Shown here piece after piece: positions 44,219 to 54,720 of a stretch of 64,000 bases of DNA. The notes under the pieces are model-generated. The model had not been told where the DNA came from. It saw nothing but the letters and a program-made list of their open reading frames with translations, and did no database searches. Origin of the DNA: a virus; the IMG/VR virus record IMGVR_UViG_3300020474_002475, positions 1 through 64,000 of that record; one strand, given 5' to 3'. A program made the position numbers and the translations under genes. Each line of letters begins with the position of its first letter. Position 1 is the stretch's first letter.

Positions 44219-45969
44219 CAATAAAAAGATCTGACTTACCAAAAGACTTTGATTGGAAGTTTTATTTAGATAACCATAAAGACTTAACTATAGCGGGATT
44301 ATCTACAGAAAAAGATGCTATAGCCCATTACTTTATGTTTGGTAAAAAAGAGGGTAGGATATATAAACCTGTTTGTGATAGCATTATAGACATTCATAGT
44401 CATAACCTTGTTCAACAGCCTACCACTTCTGATATAACACTATTTGTACAATGGTACGAAGATAAAGACACACAAGAAAATAGAATTAAATGTTTAAAGA
44501 AAAATCTTAAAAATAATAAAATTAATCATGTTCATATTTTCTATGAAAAAAATTCTGTGGAATCATTGTCTAAAATAATTAAAAAACACAAGCATGTATC
44601 AAAATCTTTGATTAAAAAAAGACTATCTTATTCAAATTGGATGTTATATGCAAATAAGAACTTCCCAGACGATATCAAGCTCTTAGCTAATTCTGACATT
44701 TATTTTGATAAAACAATTGATTTAATCAGAAAACAAAATTTTTCTAGTAATATATTTTATGGTATCACCAGAAAAGACCTGAATGAAGAAGGAGAAATTG
44801 TAGAAAGTAGCGATTACTTTCAAGACGATTCTTGTCCTACTAATCCAATGTATTCTCATGATGCTTGGGTGTATTTTAATTCGCCCCACCTACCACCAGA
44901 GACTATCAAAGAAGTCTTTAATTTAGACCTAGGTAAAGGCAATTGTGACAGACTATTTAAAAGGTTTTTAGCTGAACAAAAAATATCTTTTAAAAATCTA
45001 TACCCTAAAGTTAATGCAATACATATAGATCACAGAAAAGAAAAAACCAGAGAAAGTTATAATTTAGATTATCACCCTCGTCAAAAAGTTTTGGTTAATA
45101 TTAATCAATATATATCACGAGAAGACAGATTAGATTATCATGACAATAAATTAGAGTGTCTCTGCTTGTTGATAACAGCAAAAGAACTTGAAGACGGTCA
45201 GTATAAAACATTTATCGACAATCTTAAAGACTCAATGAGGTTTTATAAAAATAGATTAGCTGCTAGAAAAATACATTTTCGTATAATTAGAAATAAAATA
45301 AAAAAAGAAGCTATAGATATTAGCTATCTAAAAAGAATATTTAAAACAGTAGATATTATATATCTAGATATACCAGAAAAATATAATCACTATAATTCCA
45401 ATAACGATTTGAAAGATCAAACATATGGCAATCAGTCTGGTCCTTCGTATTCTTTCTTTAGTATTTTTGCAAACAGGTATTTAGAACGATTTAATACCAC
45501 ATTGTTTTTAGAGTGTGACTGTGTTTTGTTACCTAACTGGTTGTATAGAATTAATAATTATTGCAAACATGCTGGTTCTTTTCTAATTTCTGGCTCTCAA
45601 TATGATGGTCATAATTTTATGAAATACTATAATATCAATAGTCAGCACATGAATGGAGGAATATGCTTATATGCCACCAGTAGTAACATTCTAAATAAAT
45701 ATATGGATTTTTGTTTTGATTCTATGCCTCTTTATATAAAATATATTTCTAAGGACATACCATATGATTATATTATGTATTACGTATTAGAAAATAATTA
45801 CGACTACGATTTAAATAACAGAGAAATTTTTAAGTTTCTTAAAAAGAATATTATTTCAAATACTATTATATGCAATTATTCAAACAATATACCTGAGGAT
45901 ATAAATTTTTCTATAGAGAAGATAATAAGTAGATACAATCCTTGCATTATACACAAAAAGCTGAAATGA
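44209..45969 (+). CDS. Multidomain glycan-cluster protein (N-terminal FDW..Y...DL...HY..G..EGR module plus two GT-A-like domains)
   Basis: FDWKFYLDNHKDL...HYFMFGKKEGR; LANSDIYFD...SHDAWV...CD; LFLECDC. Confidence 0.6.
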   Translation: MSMTIKRSDLPKDFDWKFYLDNHKDLTIAGLSTEKDAIAHYFMFGKKEGRIYKPVCDSIIDIHSHNLVQQPTTSDITLFVQWYEDKDTQENRIKCLKKNLKNNKINHVHIFYEKNSVESLSKIIKKHKHVSKSLIKKRLSYSNWMLYANKNFPDDIKLLANSDIYFDKTIDLIRKQNFSSNIFYGITRKDLNEEGEIVESSDYFQDDSCPTNPMYSHDAWVYFNSPHLPPETIKEVFNLDLGKGNCDRLFKRFLAEQKISFKNLYPKVNAIHIDHRKEKTRESYNLDYHPRQKVLVNINQYISREDRLDYHDNKLECLCLLITAKELEDGQYKTFIDNLKDSMRFYKNRLAARKIHFRIIRNKIKKEAIDISYLKRIFKTVDIIYLDIPEKYNHYNSNNDLKDQTYGNQSGPSYSFFSIFANRYLERFNTTLFLECDCVLLPNWLYRINNYCKHAGSFLISGSQYDGHNFMKYYNINSQHMNGGICLYATSSNILNKYMDFCFDSMPLYIKYISKDIPYDYIMYYVLENNYDYDLNNREIFKFLKKNIISNTIICNYSNNIPEDINFSIEKIISRYNPCIIHKKLK

Positions 45970-45973
45970 AATT

Positions 45974-46726
45974 ATGAAGATATACACTTATCATGAAGAT
46001 GTAGAATTTAAAAAACAATTAGAGCTTATAAAACTTTGGAAAGAAAGCTGGTCAAGACAAGGATTTGACCCAATTGTTCTAGATAGAAACGACGCTAAAC
46101 AATCACCTTTGTATCAACAATATTACGACTTTGTGCAAAATGTTCACAAAAAAAGTGTGGGTATTGAATTAAAAGATAATTCTTATTGGATGGCTGCTCA
46201 ATTAGAAATTGTAGCCTGGCACACAATAAAAGAACCCTCTTTTATATCTGACTATGATGTTATAAATAAAAACTGGCAATGTAGATGGCAGGATAAACAT
46301 GAATTAAAAGGCAAAGTTCACTGGAGAGATGATTGTTGTTCTTGTTTTGCTTCGGGTAATAGCTGGGGTTGGAAGAAGTACATACAGTTTCTCTTAAATA
46401 GTGAAGCCTGTATAATAGAATGGTGTAAAGACTGCAACAGAAAACGTCAAAGAACACATTTTGGTGATCAAGATTTTTTAATAGCTGTCAGCAATTTAGA
46501 AGATTTTATGCATAAAACAGTAACTATGACAAGATCGCACTTTAAGCTTTGTGTCGGGATAGATAATGTATATGGAGTAAATAAAGACAAGAGATTTGAC
46601 AATGCGCAAACATATCATTTAGGACATTCATCTCTTTACAAGATAATTAATGACAATCCAAAATATAAGGACTATGATGTTGATAGTTTAAGAATAAAGA
46701 TAGCTAAAGAAATTATGGAACTTTGA
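45974..46726 (+). CDS. Hypothetical GT-like protein
   Basis: LWKESWSRQGFDP, ISDYDVIN (DxD), GDQD. Confidence 0.55.
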   Translation: MKIYTYHEDVEFKKQLELIKLWKESWSRQGFDPIVLDRNDAKQSPLYQQYYDFVQNVHKKSVGIELKDNSYWMAAQLEIVAWHTIKEPSFISDYDVINKNWQCRWQDKHELKGKVHWRDDCCSCFASGNSWGWKKYIQFLLNSEACIIEWCKDCNRKRQRTHFGDQDFLIAVSNLEDFMHKTVTMTRSHFKLCVGIDNVYGVNKDKRFDNAQTYHLGHSSLYKIINDNPKYKDYDVDSLRIKIAKEIMEL

Positions 46727-46729
46727 TAT

Positions 46730-47368
46730 ATGTACAATGAAAACCTTTTTGTAAACAATAAAATAATTACACAATTAAACAAAATAGTTGAACCTTATGC
46801 TCCTGAAGGGTTTGAGGGCAACTGCTTGTATCAACACGCCAGTAATTTTGTAATAGATAAAACTAAAAATATATTAAGACAAAATTTATATAATATATCC
46901 AAAAATGCAGAATCTATTATTGAGATAGGCATCAACGGAGGGCATTCTATTGCATTATTTTTATATTCAAATCCTAATTTAAAAATACTTGGTTTTGATA
47001 TATGTCAACACCCGTACACACGACCTTGCTGCAATTTTCTTTCTAGTGAATATAATTTTACTCTCATAGAGGGAGACACAAAACAGACACTAGCAGACCA
47101 TACCACAAATATAAAATATGATATTATTCATATAGATGGTGGACATACCACAAACGATCTAATGCAGGATGTGTACGACTGCAAAAGCTTTGCTCATGCT
47201 GATACAATAATAATTATTGATGATATCCCTAACCAAGAGGTATATCAAGGAGTAATTAATATGTGCAACAATAATACTATAGCAGATATTACAGAACATT
47301 TGCTGATGGATCGTAATGCGGGGATAATAGACTGTTCTTTTCATAGGTTTTTTGCTTACAAAAATTAA
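46730..47368 (+). CDS. Class I SAM methyltransferase (Methyltransf_24-like)
   Basis: IIEIGINGGHS...LGFDIC...YDIIHIDGGH...IIIDD. Confidence 0.8.
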   Translation: MYNENLFVNNKIITQLNKIVEPYAPEGFEGNCLYQHASNFVIDKTKNILRQNLYNISKNAESIIEIGINGGHSIALFLYSNPNLKILGFDICQHPYTRPCCNFLSSEYNFTLIEGDTKQTLADHTTNIKYDIIHIDGGHTTNDLMQDVYDCKSFAHADTIIIIDDIPNQEVYQGVINMCNNNTIADITEHLLMDRNAGIIDCSFHRFFAYKN

Positions 47369-47371
47369 ATT

Positions 47372-47815
47372 ATGAATGATATATCTATAGAAGATTTTTA
47401 CAAAAATAATATTTGTAATAAATTCTTTGATGAAATAAACTACATTAAAAAGAATCCGTCTATTGGTGATTTTTATCAACCGCATTCTAAAGATAATGGT
47501 TTTTCTGAAAAAGAAAGATTATATTTTCATTGGTCCTTATATGGACTAGACATGGGACATGAGCCTTGTAAAGACAACAAGTATCATATTCATGCTTTTA
47601 TGATGGAGGAAATAAATAAATCAGAAAGTTTAACAAATGAAGATGAAAAAACTAAACTGCTAAAAGTTTTCTTTAATCTAACAAGAAACAATCTTTATGA
47701 TCCTTATATCTGCGAAGACGAACAAGATAAAAAAATTAATATTAATATCATAAGATATATGATTAAATCCATAGATTTAGATGTTCACGCAAAGGCTTTA
47801 TATTATTATGATTAA
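47372..47815 (+). CDS. Hypothetical protein
   Basis: FDEINYIKKNP...HWSLYG resembles the N-terminal module of 44209. Confidence 0.55.
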   Translation: MNDISIEDFYKNNICNKFFDEINYIKKNPSIGDFYQPHSKDNGFSEKERLYFHWSLYGLDMGHEPCKDNKYHIHAFMMEEINKSESLTNEDEKTKLLKVFFNLTRNNLYDPYICEDEQDKKININIIRYMIKSIDLDVHAKALYYYD

Positions 47816-48662
47816 GTGTATATGTTCTTATTTTAATTATTACGAAGATGAATTAAGAAAGCAAAACTATATCAAATTTAGGAAAAATTTTGCACACGAT
47901 CTATTGACGGTAGAAGTGGCAAAAGATGAATCTGAATTTTTTATAGACGACGCAATACAAATCATTGCTAAACCAGAAAATTTATTGTGGCAAAAAGAAA
48001 GATGTTTTAATATAGCTTTAGAGTCGCTACCGCCTTCTGTTGATAAAATTGTGTGGGTAGATACGGATATTATTTTTCATAATAAAAACTGGTTAGACGA
48101 TTTAGAAACGCAATTAGATAATTATGCTTTTGTACAACCTTTTGAAAGAGTTGTTGAAATAAATAATCATTACAATCATAATTTAAATTGTTTTGGGTAT
48201 GGCAAACTTGTGTATGACAAAATACAAGATGGATCAACATTACCCGCAAGTATTGCTCAAGGCTTGTCTTGGGGTGTTAATAGAAGCATATTAAAAAATG
48301 GATTTTATGATAAACACATATTAGGCAGCAATGATGCTTTGCAATTAATTTCTTGGCTTGGTGATGTTTTTAACATAATATTGCTGCAATTACCACATTC
48401 CCTAATTATGGATTTCTTGGACTATTATAATGACATGGATCATTTCCTTGGTTCAAATATGAATTATTGCAAAGGTGTTGTTGAGCATATGTATCATGGA
48501 GACACATTCAAGAGAGGATATAACGCTAGGGAAAAACTATTCAGAGAAAATTTTGAGATTGATGATCTTGAAATTGACAACAATGGATTATATAAATTAA
48601 ACAATAATAAAAAACTGCTTGAAATAACCAATCATTTTTCTAACCTACCCACACACACATGA
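47808..48662 (+). CDS. GT-A fold glycosyltransferase-like protein
   Basis: LWQKERCFNIAL...IVWVDTDIIF...VQPF...HMYHG. Confidence 0.65.
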   Translation: MIKCICSYFNYYEDELRKQNYIKFRKNFAHDLLTVEVAKDESEFFIDDAIQIIAKPENLLWQKERCFNIALESLPPSVDKIVWVDTDIIFHNKNWLDDLETQLDNYAFVQPFERVVEINNHYNHNLNCFGYGKLVYDKIQDGSTLPASIAQGLSWGVNRSILKNGFYDKHILGSNDALQLISWLGDVFNIILLQLPHSLIMDFLDYYNDMDHFLGSNMNYCKGVVEHMYHGDTFKRGYNAREKLFRENFEIDDLEIDNNGLYKLNNNKKLLEITNHFSNLPTHT

Positions 48663-49573
48663 ATAAAAACAATCTTGTAGTTTTAGCTGCTGCTGGTAGA
48701 ACTGGCACAAATTATGTTATGAATACTATAACTTCTGACAAGACTTATTATATGTTAGGTGAATTTTTTAATCATATCCCTTGGAATATCGTTTGGCACA
48801 CAGATTTACTTGCTAAAATGTTAGAAAAAAATAGTCCATATGTCTTTGAGTATAAAGATTGGTTTAAAGAATTATCATTATGCTACAAAAGAAATGGTAG
48901 GACAGTATTTAGTGAGAACGGTAATTTACTACAAAAAGATATGAGACGTTTTATAAAAATATCTAATTTACCATTGTTTGAAAACTGTATAAATTTTATT
49001 AATTATGAATTAAATCTAAACAGTGTACATAAAACATTTCTATTCCATACCTCTCTAATAGACACACCTGAAAATGATATAGACTTAGAAACACTATTAA
49101 AGCATTGCAATAATTTAGTAGTTGTATATAGAAATAATATTTTAGAGCAATACATAAGCGAACAAAAAGCTAATATAACTAACTTGTGGTATATAGGTGG
49201 TAACATAGTAAATACTGAAACTTATAAAATACGAATTAAAAAATCTCAAGAACTTAAATTACAATGGGATAAATCAAACTATGTGGAAAGACACAAGCAA
49301 ATAGAAGGATATTACAAAATACTATTGGAAATTTATAAAAATTATAATGGCAACAAATGTCAAATTGAATACGATGAACTTCATAGTCAAAAAAACAAAT
49401 TAGAGTATTTACAAGAAATATATAACAAGAATAATATTGATGTTACTATCAATACTGACAATTATAAACCTGCAATTAAATTAGCTAAAGACCAACCTTT
49501 AGAAGATAATTTCAGTAATTCTGAAGAATTTTTAAAAGACCTTCCCAGCATACCAATATTTTTTAAATCATGA
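48659..49573 (+). CDS. Sulfotransferase-like protein (Stf0-like)
   Basis: AAGRTGTNY...GEFFN; YRNNILEQYISEQKA...W; IEYDEL. Confidence 0.65.
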   Translation: MNKNNLVVLAAAGRTGTNYVMNTITSDKTYYMLGEFFNHIPWNIVWHTDLLAKMLEKNSPYVFEYKDWFKELSLCYKRNGRTVFSENGNLLQKDMRRFIKISNLPLFENCINFINYELNLNSVHKTFLFHTSLIDTPENDIDLETLLKHCNNLVVVYRNNILEQYISEQKANITNLWYIGGNIVNTETYKIRIKKSQELKLQWDKSNYVERHKQIEGYYKILLEIYKNYNGNKCQIEYDELHSQKNKLEYLQEIYNKNNIDVTINTDNYKPAIKLAKDQPLEDNFSNSEEFLKDLPSIPIFFKS

Positions 49574-50220
49574 ATAACGGAATTGTGGAAGCGTGTAATA
49601 TATACGGAAGATATGCTATACCTAAAAATTCTTTATGGAGAATTGCAGCGCAAACTGTTCTTGAGGGAGAAGTATGGGAACCTGATACTATTAAATACAT
49701 AATTAATAATTGCGGGAATAGTAGTATTATCCATGCGGGTACTTACTTTGGGGATTTTTTACCAGCATTATCTAAACATTGTAAAAACACAGTGTTCGCT
49801 TTTGAGCCCAATACAGAGAGTTATGGTTGTGCAAGAAAAACTTGTTTGTTTAATAATTGTAAAAATGTTATCTTAAAAAACAACGCATTGGGTAGTTGCA
49901 CTAAAATGGTAAATCTAAAAATTAAAGACAAAGACAAATACATTGGTGGACTTAGTAGCGTGGTTGATGATGAAAGTCCAGATACAGAAAAAGTTTGTCA
50001 GGTAAAAATAGATGATGTAATATGTGATACTACGCCTATATCGATTTTACATTTAGATTTAGAAGGATATGAATTAAATGCAATTAATGGGGCAATCAAC
50101 ATAGTCAAGAACTGGAAACCAATTATTATAATTGAAGACAACGGCAATAATTATATAGATCTAGAAAATTTAGGCTATAGGTATACAAAAAGAATAGATA
50201 ACAATTTAGTATGGAGATAA
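49570..50220 (+). CDS. FkbM family methyltransferase
   Basis: WEPDT, IHAGTYFG, VFAFEPN, LHLDLEGYELNAINGA, PIIIIE. Confidence 0.85.
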   Translation: MNNGIVEACNIYGRYAIPKNSLWRIAAQTVLEGEVWEPDTIKYIINNCGNSSIIHAGTYFGDFLPALSKHCKNTVFAFEPNTESYGCARKTCLFNNCKNVILKNNALGSCTKMVNLKIKDKDKYIGGLSSVVDDESPDTEKVCQVKIDDVICDTTPISILHLDLEGYELNAINGAINIVKNWKPIIIIEDNGNNYIDLENLGYRYTKRIDNNLVWR

Positions 50221-50221
50221 A

Positions 50222-50701
50222 ATGAGACCGGATTGGACAGATTATTTTTTGGGATTAGCAAAAGTTATTTCACAAAGAAGTCACGATATTCATACGCAAC
50301 ACGGCTGTATCATTACAGATCAAGATAATTTAATTTTGGGAACAGGATATAATGGATTCCCAAGAGGTATGGACGAAAAACTATTACCTACTTCTCGCCC
50401 AGAAAAATATCACTGGATGATTCATGCTGAAAGAAATGCACTATCTAATTGTACACACAAACCTACAGATGGAATAGCCTATGTAACAGGACAGTGCTGT
50501 AATGATTGCGTAATGGCCCTGTGGCAAGCTGGCGTGACTAAAGTAATTATGTCTGACAGTCATGGTACTAAATTATTCGATAATGATGCGCAAAAACGTT
50601 TTGATTTATTTGTGGAATTGACCGGTATAGAAATTGTAAAACATACACCAAATTTTAATTGGATTCAAGAAATAGATTTTAAAAAGCTTCACATTAGATA
50701 A
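50222..50701 (+). CDS. dCMP deaminase (ComEB-like)
   Basis: RPDWTDYFL...RSHD...GTGYNGFPRG...IHAERNAL...CCNDC. Confidence 0.9.
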   Translation: MRPDWTDYFLGLAKVISQRSHDIHTQHGCIITDQDNLILGTGYNGFPRGMDEKLLPTSRPEKYHWMIHAERNALSNCTHKPTDGIAYVTGQCCNDCVMALWQAGVTKVIMSDSHGTKLFDNDAQKRFDLFVELTGIEIVKHTPNFNWIQEIDFKKLHIR

Positions 50702-50839
50702 ACTGTAGTGGTGTATCTATTAACATCAACAAAGTTTCAATATGGCCCTTGCTTCCTCTAACCAATGATTTATCATAACTTATGACCAAATCAATCTTTC
50801 TTTCGGGCCAGTTCTTCAATAAAGTTTTAAGGAGTTAGT

Positions 50840-53038
50840 ATGTCGGCGTTAAATGAATTACAGAACTATACTTTTGTTAGTAAGTATGCCCGTTGGATAG
50901 AAAGTGAAAATAGAAGAGAAACTTGGAAAGAAGCGGTTGATAGAGTCAAAAATATGATGCATACTCAATACGAGGACAAAAATATTACTGAAGAAATAGA
51001 TTGGGCTTATGATCTAATGTTTAAAAAGCGTGTATTAGGCAGCCAAAGAGCTTTACAGTTTGGCGGAGAGCCTATCTTGAAGAGACACGCTAAAATTTAT
51101 AACTGCACAAGCTCTTACTGTGATCGTTTAAGATTTTTTCAAGAATGTTTTTGGTTATTATTGTGCGGAAGTGGTACCGGCTTTAGTGTACAAAAACATC
51201 ATGTAAGTAAACTGCCAACATTATCTCATAATAAAAAAGATAAAAGAAAAGGTGTAAAATATAAGATAGAAGACAGTATAGAAGGCTGGGCTGATTCTTT
51301 GGGTGTTTTATTAAGTTCTTACTTTAATAAACCTAGTGAGTCTCGTTTTGCGGAATATAAAGATCAATATATAGTTTTTGACTATAGTAATATCCGCAAA
51401 AAGGGCGCAACTTTATCTTCTGGAGTAGGTAAGGCTCCTGGTTTTGAGCCCTTACAAAATGGTTTAGAAAAAATTAGAGAATTATTGGAGGCGTGTGTTG
51501 AGAGTAAGCAAAAAAAATTACGACCGATCGATGCTTATGATATTATTATGCACAGCAGCGATGCTGTATTATCTGGTGGTGTTCGTAGAAGTGCGTCGTT
51601 AGCATTATTTAGTGCAAATGATGAAGAGATGGCTAAGGCTAAGACAGGTAACTGGTATGTAGACAATCCACAAAGAGCTAGAAGCAATAATTCTGCGCTG
51701 CTGTTAAAAGACGATACCTCTTATGAACAGTTTTCTGAATTAATGGAATCAGTTAAAGAGTTCGGAGAGCCTGGATTTATTTGGAGCGATTCTACAGAAA
51801 TGACTTTTAATCCATGCGTAGAAGTAGGCATGTGGCCCGTAGATGAAAAAACAGGCAAATCTGGCTGGCAAGGATGTAACTTATCTACTATCAACTGTTC
51901 ATCCGTAATTGATGAAGAAGATTTTTACGAAAGATGTAAAGCCGCTGCAATTATTGGTACTTTGCAAGCTGGTTTTACAGACCTAGAATACTTAGGTAAA
52001 ACCACTAACTCTATTTTTGAACGAGAGGCTTTACTTGGTGTTTCATTAACAGGAATCATGGAAAAGCACGAACTAGTATTAACAGAAAAAGTATTGAAAA
52101 AGGGCGCTAAGATTGCTGTAGATACCAATAAAGAGATGGCTAAAAAAATAGCTATTAATCAAGCAGCAAGAGTTACCTGCCTAAAACCTGAAGGTACTAG
52201 TAGTAGCATGCTGGGTACAAGTTCCGGTATTCATCCTCACCACGCTAAAAGGTACATTAGGCATGTACAGGCCAATATTCTTGAACCACCATATCAGTAT
52301 TTTAAAAGTTATAATCCCCAAGCTTGTGAAAAATCATCTTGGTCTGCTAATGATACTGATGAGGTGGTTAAATTCCCTATAGAAGTGCCAGATGGTTCAA
52401 AATTAAAAAATCAATTACCAGCAGTAAAAATGTTAGGAGTTGTTAAAGACGCACAAACTAATTGGGTGCATTCTGGTAAAAATAGATCTTTATGTACTCA
52501 AGACTTTTTAAGTCACAATGTAAGCAATACAGTAACTGTACAACCAGACGAATGGCAGGCCGTAACTAAATTTATTTATAATAACAGAAAATTCTTTGCT
52601 GGTATTAGTCTTATTCCACAAAGCGGAGATAAAGATTATCCACAAGCCCCCTTTACTACAGTCTATACAAGTAGAGAGATTGTTAAAGAATATGGAGATG
52701 CAGCACTATGGTGTTCTGGATTAATTGAATTGGGATTAAATGCATTTGAAAATAATTTATGGTCAGCATGTGATTATATTACCCTTAAACAGCAAGGGCA
52801 AAAAGACTCAGAAGATAAACAGTTATTTGCTATCAAAATGCATAGGTTTGCTAAAAGATATTTTGAAGAAGATCTTAGAAGACTAACTTATTGCATGAAA
52901 GATGTTTATAATTGGAAAATATATAAAGATTTATATGATAGCTTTAGTAAAGTTGATTATACACAACTACTAGAAACAGAGGATAATACTACAGGAATAG
53001 AGGAAATTAGTTGTGCCGGTGGTGCCTGTCTAATTTAG
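50840..53038 (+). CDS. nrdJ: Class II (adenosylcobalamin-dependent) ribonucleotide reductase
   Basis: RRETWKEAVDRV, YNC, VLSGGVRRSA, GEPG, NPCVE, GCNL, TCLKPEGTSS, C-terminal CAGGAC; no beta subunit nearby; GGAG RBS. Confidence 0.9.
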   Translation: MSALNELQNYTFVSKYARWIESENRRETWKEAVDRVKNMMHTQYEDKNITEEIDWAYDLMFKKRVLGSQRALQFGGEPILKRHAKIYNCTSSYCDRLRFFQECFWLLLCGSGTGFSVQKHHVSKLPTLSHNKKDKRKGVKYKIEDSIEGWADSLGVLLSSYFNKPSESRFAEYKDQYIVFDYSNIRKKGATLSSGVGKAPGFEPLQNGLEKIRELLEACVESKQKKLRPIDAYDIIMHSSDAVLSGGVRRSASLALFSANDEEMAKAKTGNWYVDNPQRARSNNSALLLKDDTSYEQFSELMESVKEFGEPGFIWSDSTEMTFNPCVEVGMWPVDEKTGKSGWQGCNLSTINCSSVIDEEDFYERCKAAAIIGTLQAGFTDLEYLGKTTNSIFEREALLGVSLTGIMEKHELVLTEKVLKKGAKIAVDTNKEMAKKIAINQAARVTCLKPEGTSSSMLGTSSGIHPHHAKRYIRHVQANILEPPYQYFKSYNPQACEKSSWSANDTDEVVKFPIEVPDGSKLKNQLPAVKMLGVVKDAQTNWVHSGKNRSLCTQDFLSHNVSNTVTVQPDEWQAVTKFIYNNRKFFAGISLIPQSGDKDYPQAPFTTVYTSREIVKEYGDAALWCSGLIELGLNAFENNLWSACDYITLKQQGQKDSEDKQLFAIKMHRFAKRYFEEDLRRLTYCMKDVYNWKIYKDLYDSFSKVDYTQLLETEDNTTGIEEISCAGGACLI

Positions 53039-53062
53039 TCTCTTTCTTGAAAGGTTATATCG

Positions 53063-53770
53063 TTGAGAAAAAAAAAGAAAGTTGTAGATACAACAAAAAA
53101 AATTGCTGCTGAAAATAATATTATTGGTTTTAAAAATAGGTTAAAGCCTAGAAGCATAAATCAAAAAGAGTATATTAGATCAGTAGCAGAGAATACTATT
53201 ACCTTTTGTCAAGGAGTCCCCGGTAGTGGTAAAACACATATAGCCGTTGGTATGGCTTTGGAATATCTTATTGATCACAAAGTAGAAAAATTAGTTATTA
53301 CTAGACCGGTGGTAGAGGCTGGCGAAAGACTAGGCTTTTTACCCGGTACTGCAGAAGAAAAACTGCATCCGTACCTCTTGCCTTTGTTTGATGAAATTAA
53401 TTATTTTTTAGAAATGCAAAGCTACACGAAGCTAAAAGTAGGTAAACAAATAGAAATTGTGCCTCTTGGTTTAATGAGAGGTAGAAGTTTTAACAACGCA
53501 TTTATTGTAGCTGACGAATGCCAAAATGCTTCATATGATCAGTTAAAAATGTTATTAACTAGAATTGGAATGAATAGCAAAATGGTGCTTACGGGAGATG
53601 TGGCGCAATCTGACCTGCAGAGACAACAACAGGGAGGGTTCTTAGAATTGATAGAACGACTTAATGGTATCGACAGCATAGGCATTGCCAATCTTTATGC
53701 GACAGACATAGTTAGAAATCCCATTATAGGTTCTATTATTTCTAGGTTAGAAGAATATGAAAACAAATAG
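53063..53770 (+). CDS. phoH: PhoH-like protein
   Basis: GVPGSGKT, ITRPVVEAGERLGFLPG, MRGRSF, DECQN, LTRIG, GDVAQSD; TTG start. Confidence 0.92.
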   Translation: MRKKKKVVDTTKKIAAENNIIGFKNRLKPRSINQKEYIRSVAENTITFCQGVPGSGKTHIAVGMALEYLIDHKVEKLVITRPVVEAGERLGFLPGTAEEKLHPYLLPLFDEINYFLEMQSYTKLKVGKQIEIVPLGLMRGRSFNNAFIVADECQNASYDQLKMLLTRIGMNSKMVLTGDVAQSDLQRQQQGGFLELIERLNGIDSIGIANLYATDIVRNPIIGSIISRLEEYENK

Positions 53771-54359
53771 ACAGTGCTTATTGTTAAATAGTGACTTTAG
53801 TCCAATATGTGTTATAGATTGGAAAAAAGCTATTGTATGGCATATGAAGTATAATAATAGTTTTAGTTATAGTATACAAATTATAGAATCATATGATGAT
53901 CACATTTTATGCGCAAATGGTAGTAATATACCTGTTCCTGCCGTAGCAAGAACAACCAAATACTATCGGGTACATCACAATAAATTCGATTTAAAGTTGT
54001 CTAGAAGAAATCTATTTACTAGAGATGATTATTGCTGCCAATATTGCGGTAAATATTTACTTAAAAATCAATTGACATATGACCACATAATACCAAAATC
54101 CAAATTTAAAGAGTCTAAAATGGCAACTACATGGGATAATGTTGTTACAGCATGCCGTAAATGCAATTGTAAGAAGGGCAATAAAACACCCAAAGAGTCG
54201 GGCATGTCCCTTTTAAAACAGCCTGAATGTCCAAAATTTTCGCCCAAGTACTTGCCATGGCACGATCAGGTTACTAATATAGTATATGAATCTAGAACGA
54301 TATGGGACAAATATATAGAAAGATACTTAAGTACAAATGAAAGAGAAAGATCAAAATAA
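53757..54359 (+). CDS. HNH endonuclease (McrA-like)
   Basis: LLLNSDF.P; SRRNLFTRDDYCCQYCG...TYDHIIPKS...WDNVVTACRKCNCKKGNKTP. Confidence 0.9.
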   Translation: MKTNRQCLLLNSDFSPICVIDWKKAIVWHMKYNNSFSYSIQIIESYDDHILCANGSNIPVPAVARTTKYYRVHHNKFDLKLSRRNLFTRDDYCCQYCGKYLLKNQLTYDHIIPKSKFKESKMATTWDNVVTACRKCNCKKGNKTPKESGMSLLKQPECPKFSPKYLPWHDQVTNIVYESRTIWDKYIERYLSTNERERSK

Positions 54360-54720
54360 GTACTATACTTTTCTAGGAAAAGAAGACTTTATAGACGACA
54401 AAGGATTTGCTAGGGCAAAAAACGAATCTAAAGAAGTTTATGCTAAATGTTCTTTATCTCAAAAGCCTAAACATATAGCATCTAGGAGTAATTTAGGAGT
54501 AGATAAAACATCGTATAAGTATTATATTGCTGTCAATTCAAATAAAGAAGCATATAATCCAGATAATCCAAATCAACCCAAAGCAAATTTTATAGATAAT
54601 GTTTGTAGAAATAATACAAAATTTCAAGAAGTAAATCAATACATATTTGAAAAATACGTCAACTTTTTAATGACAAAAAATGATGGGTGGATTAGAGAAA
54701 TTAATAGGGATTTAAAATAA
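54337..54720 (+). CDS. Hypothetical protein, paralog of 55357..55725
   Basis: YYTFLGKEDFIDD...VYAK...FEKYVNFLMTKN. Confidence 0.7.
   Translation: MKEKDQNKYYTFLGKEDFIDDKGFARAKNESKEVYAKCSLSQKPKHIASRSNLGVDKTSYKYYIAVNSNKEAYNPDNPNQPKANFIDNVCRNNTKFQEVNQYIFEKYVNFLMTKNDGWIREINRDLK

Noticed and set aside
50702-50839. Cobalamin riboswitch or NrdR box upstream of nrdJ
   Set aside because: No recognisable B12-box (GGGAA...GCCACTG) or NrdR palindrome by eye
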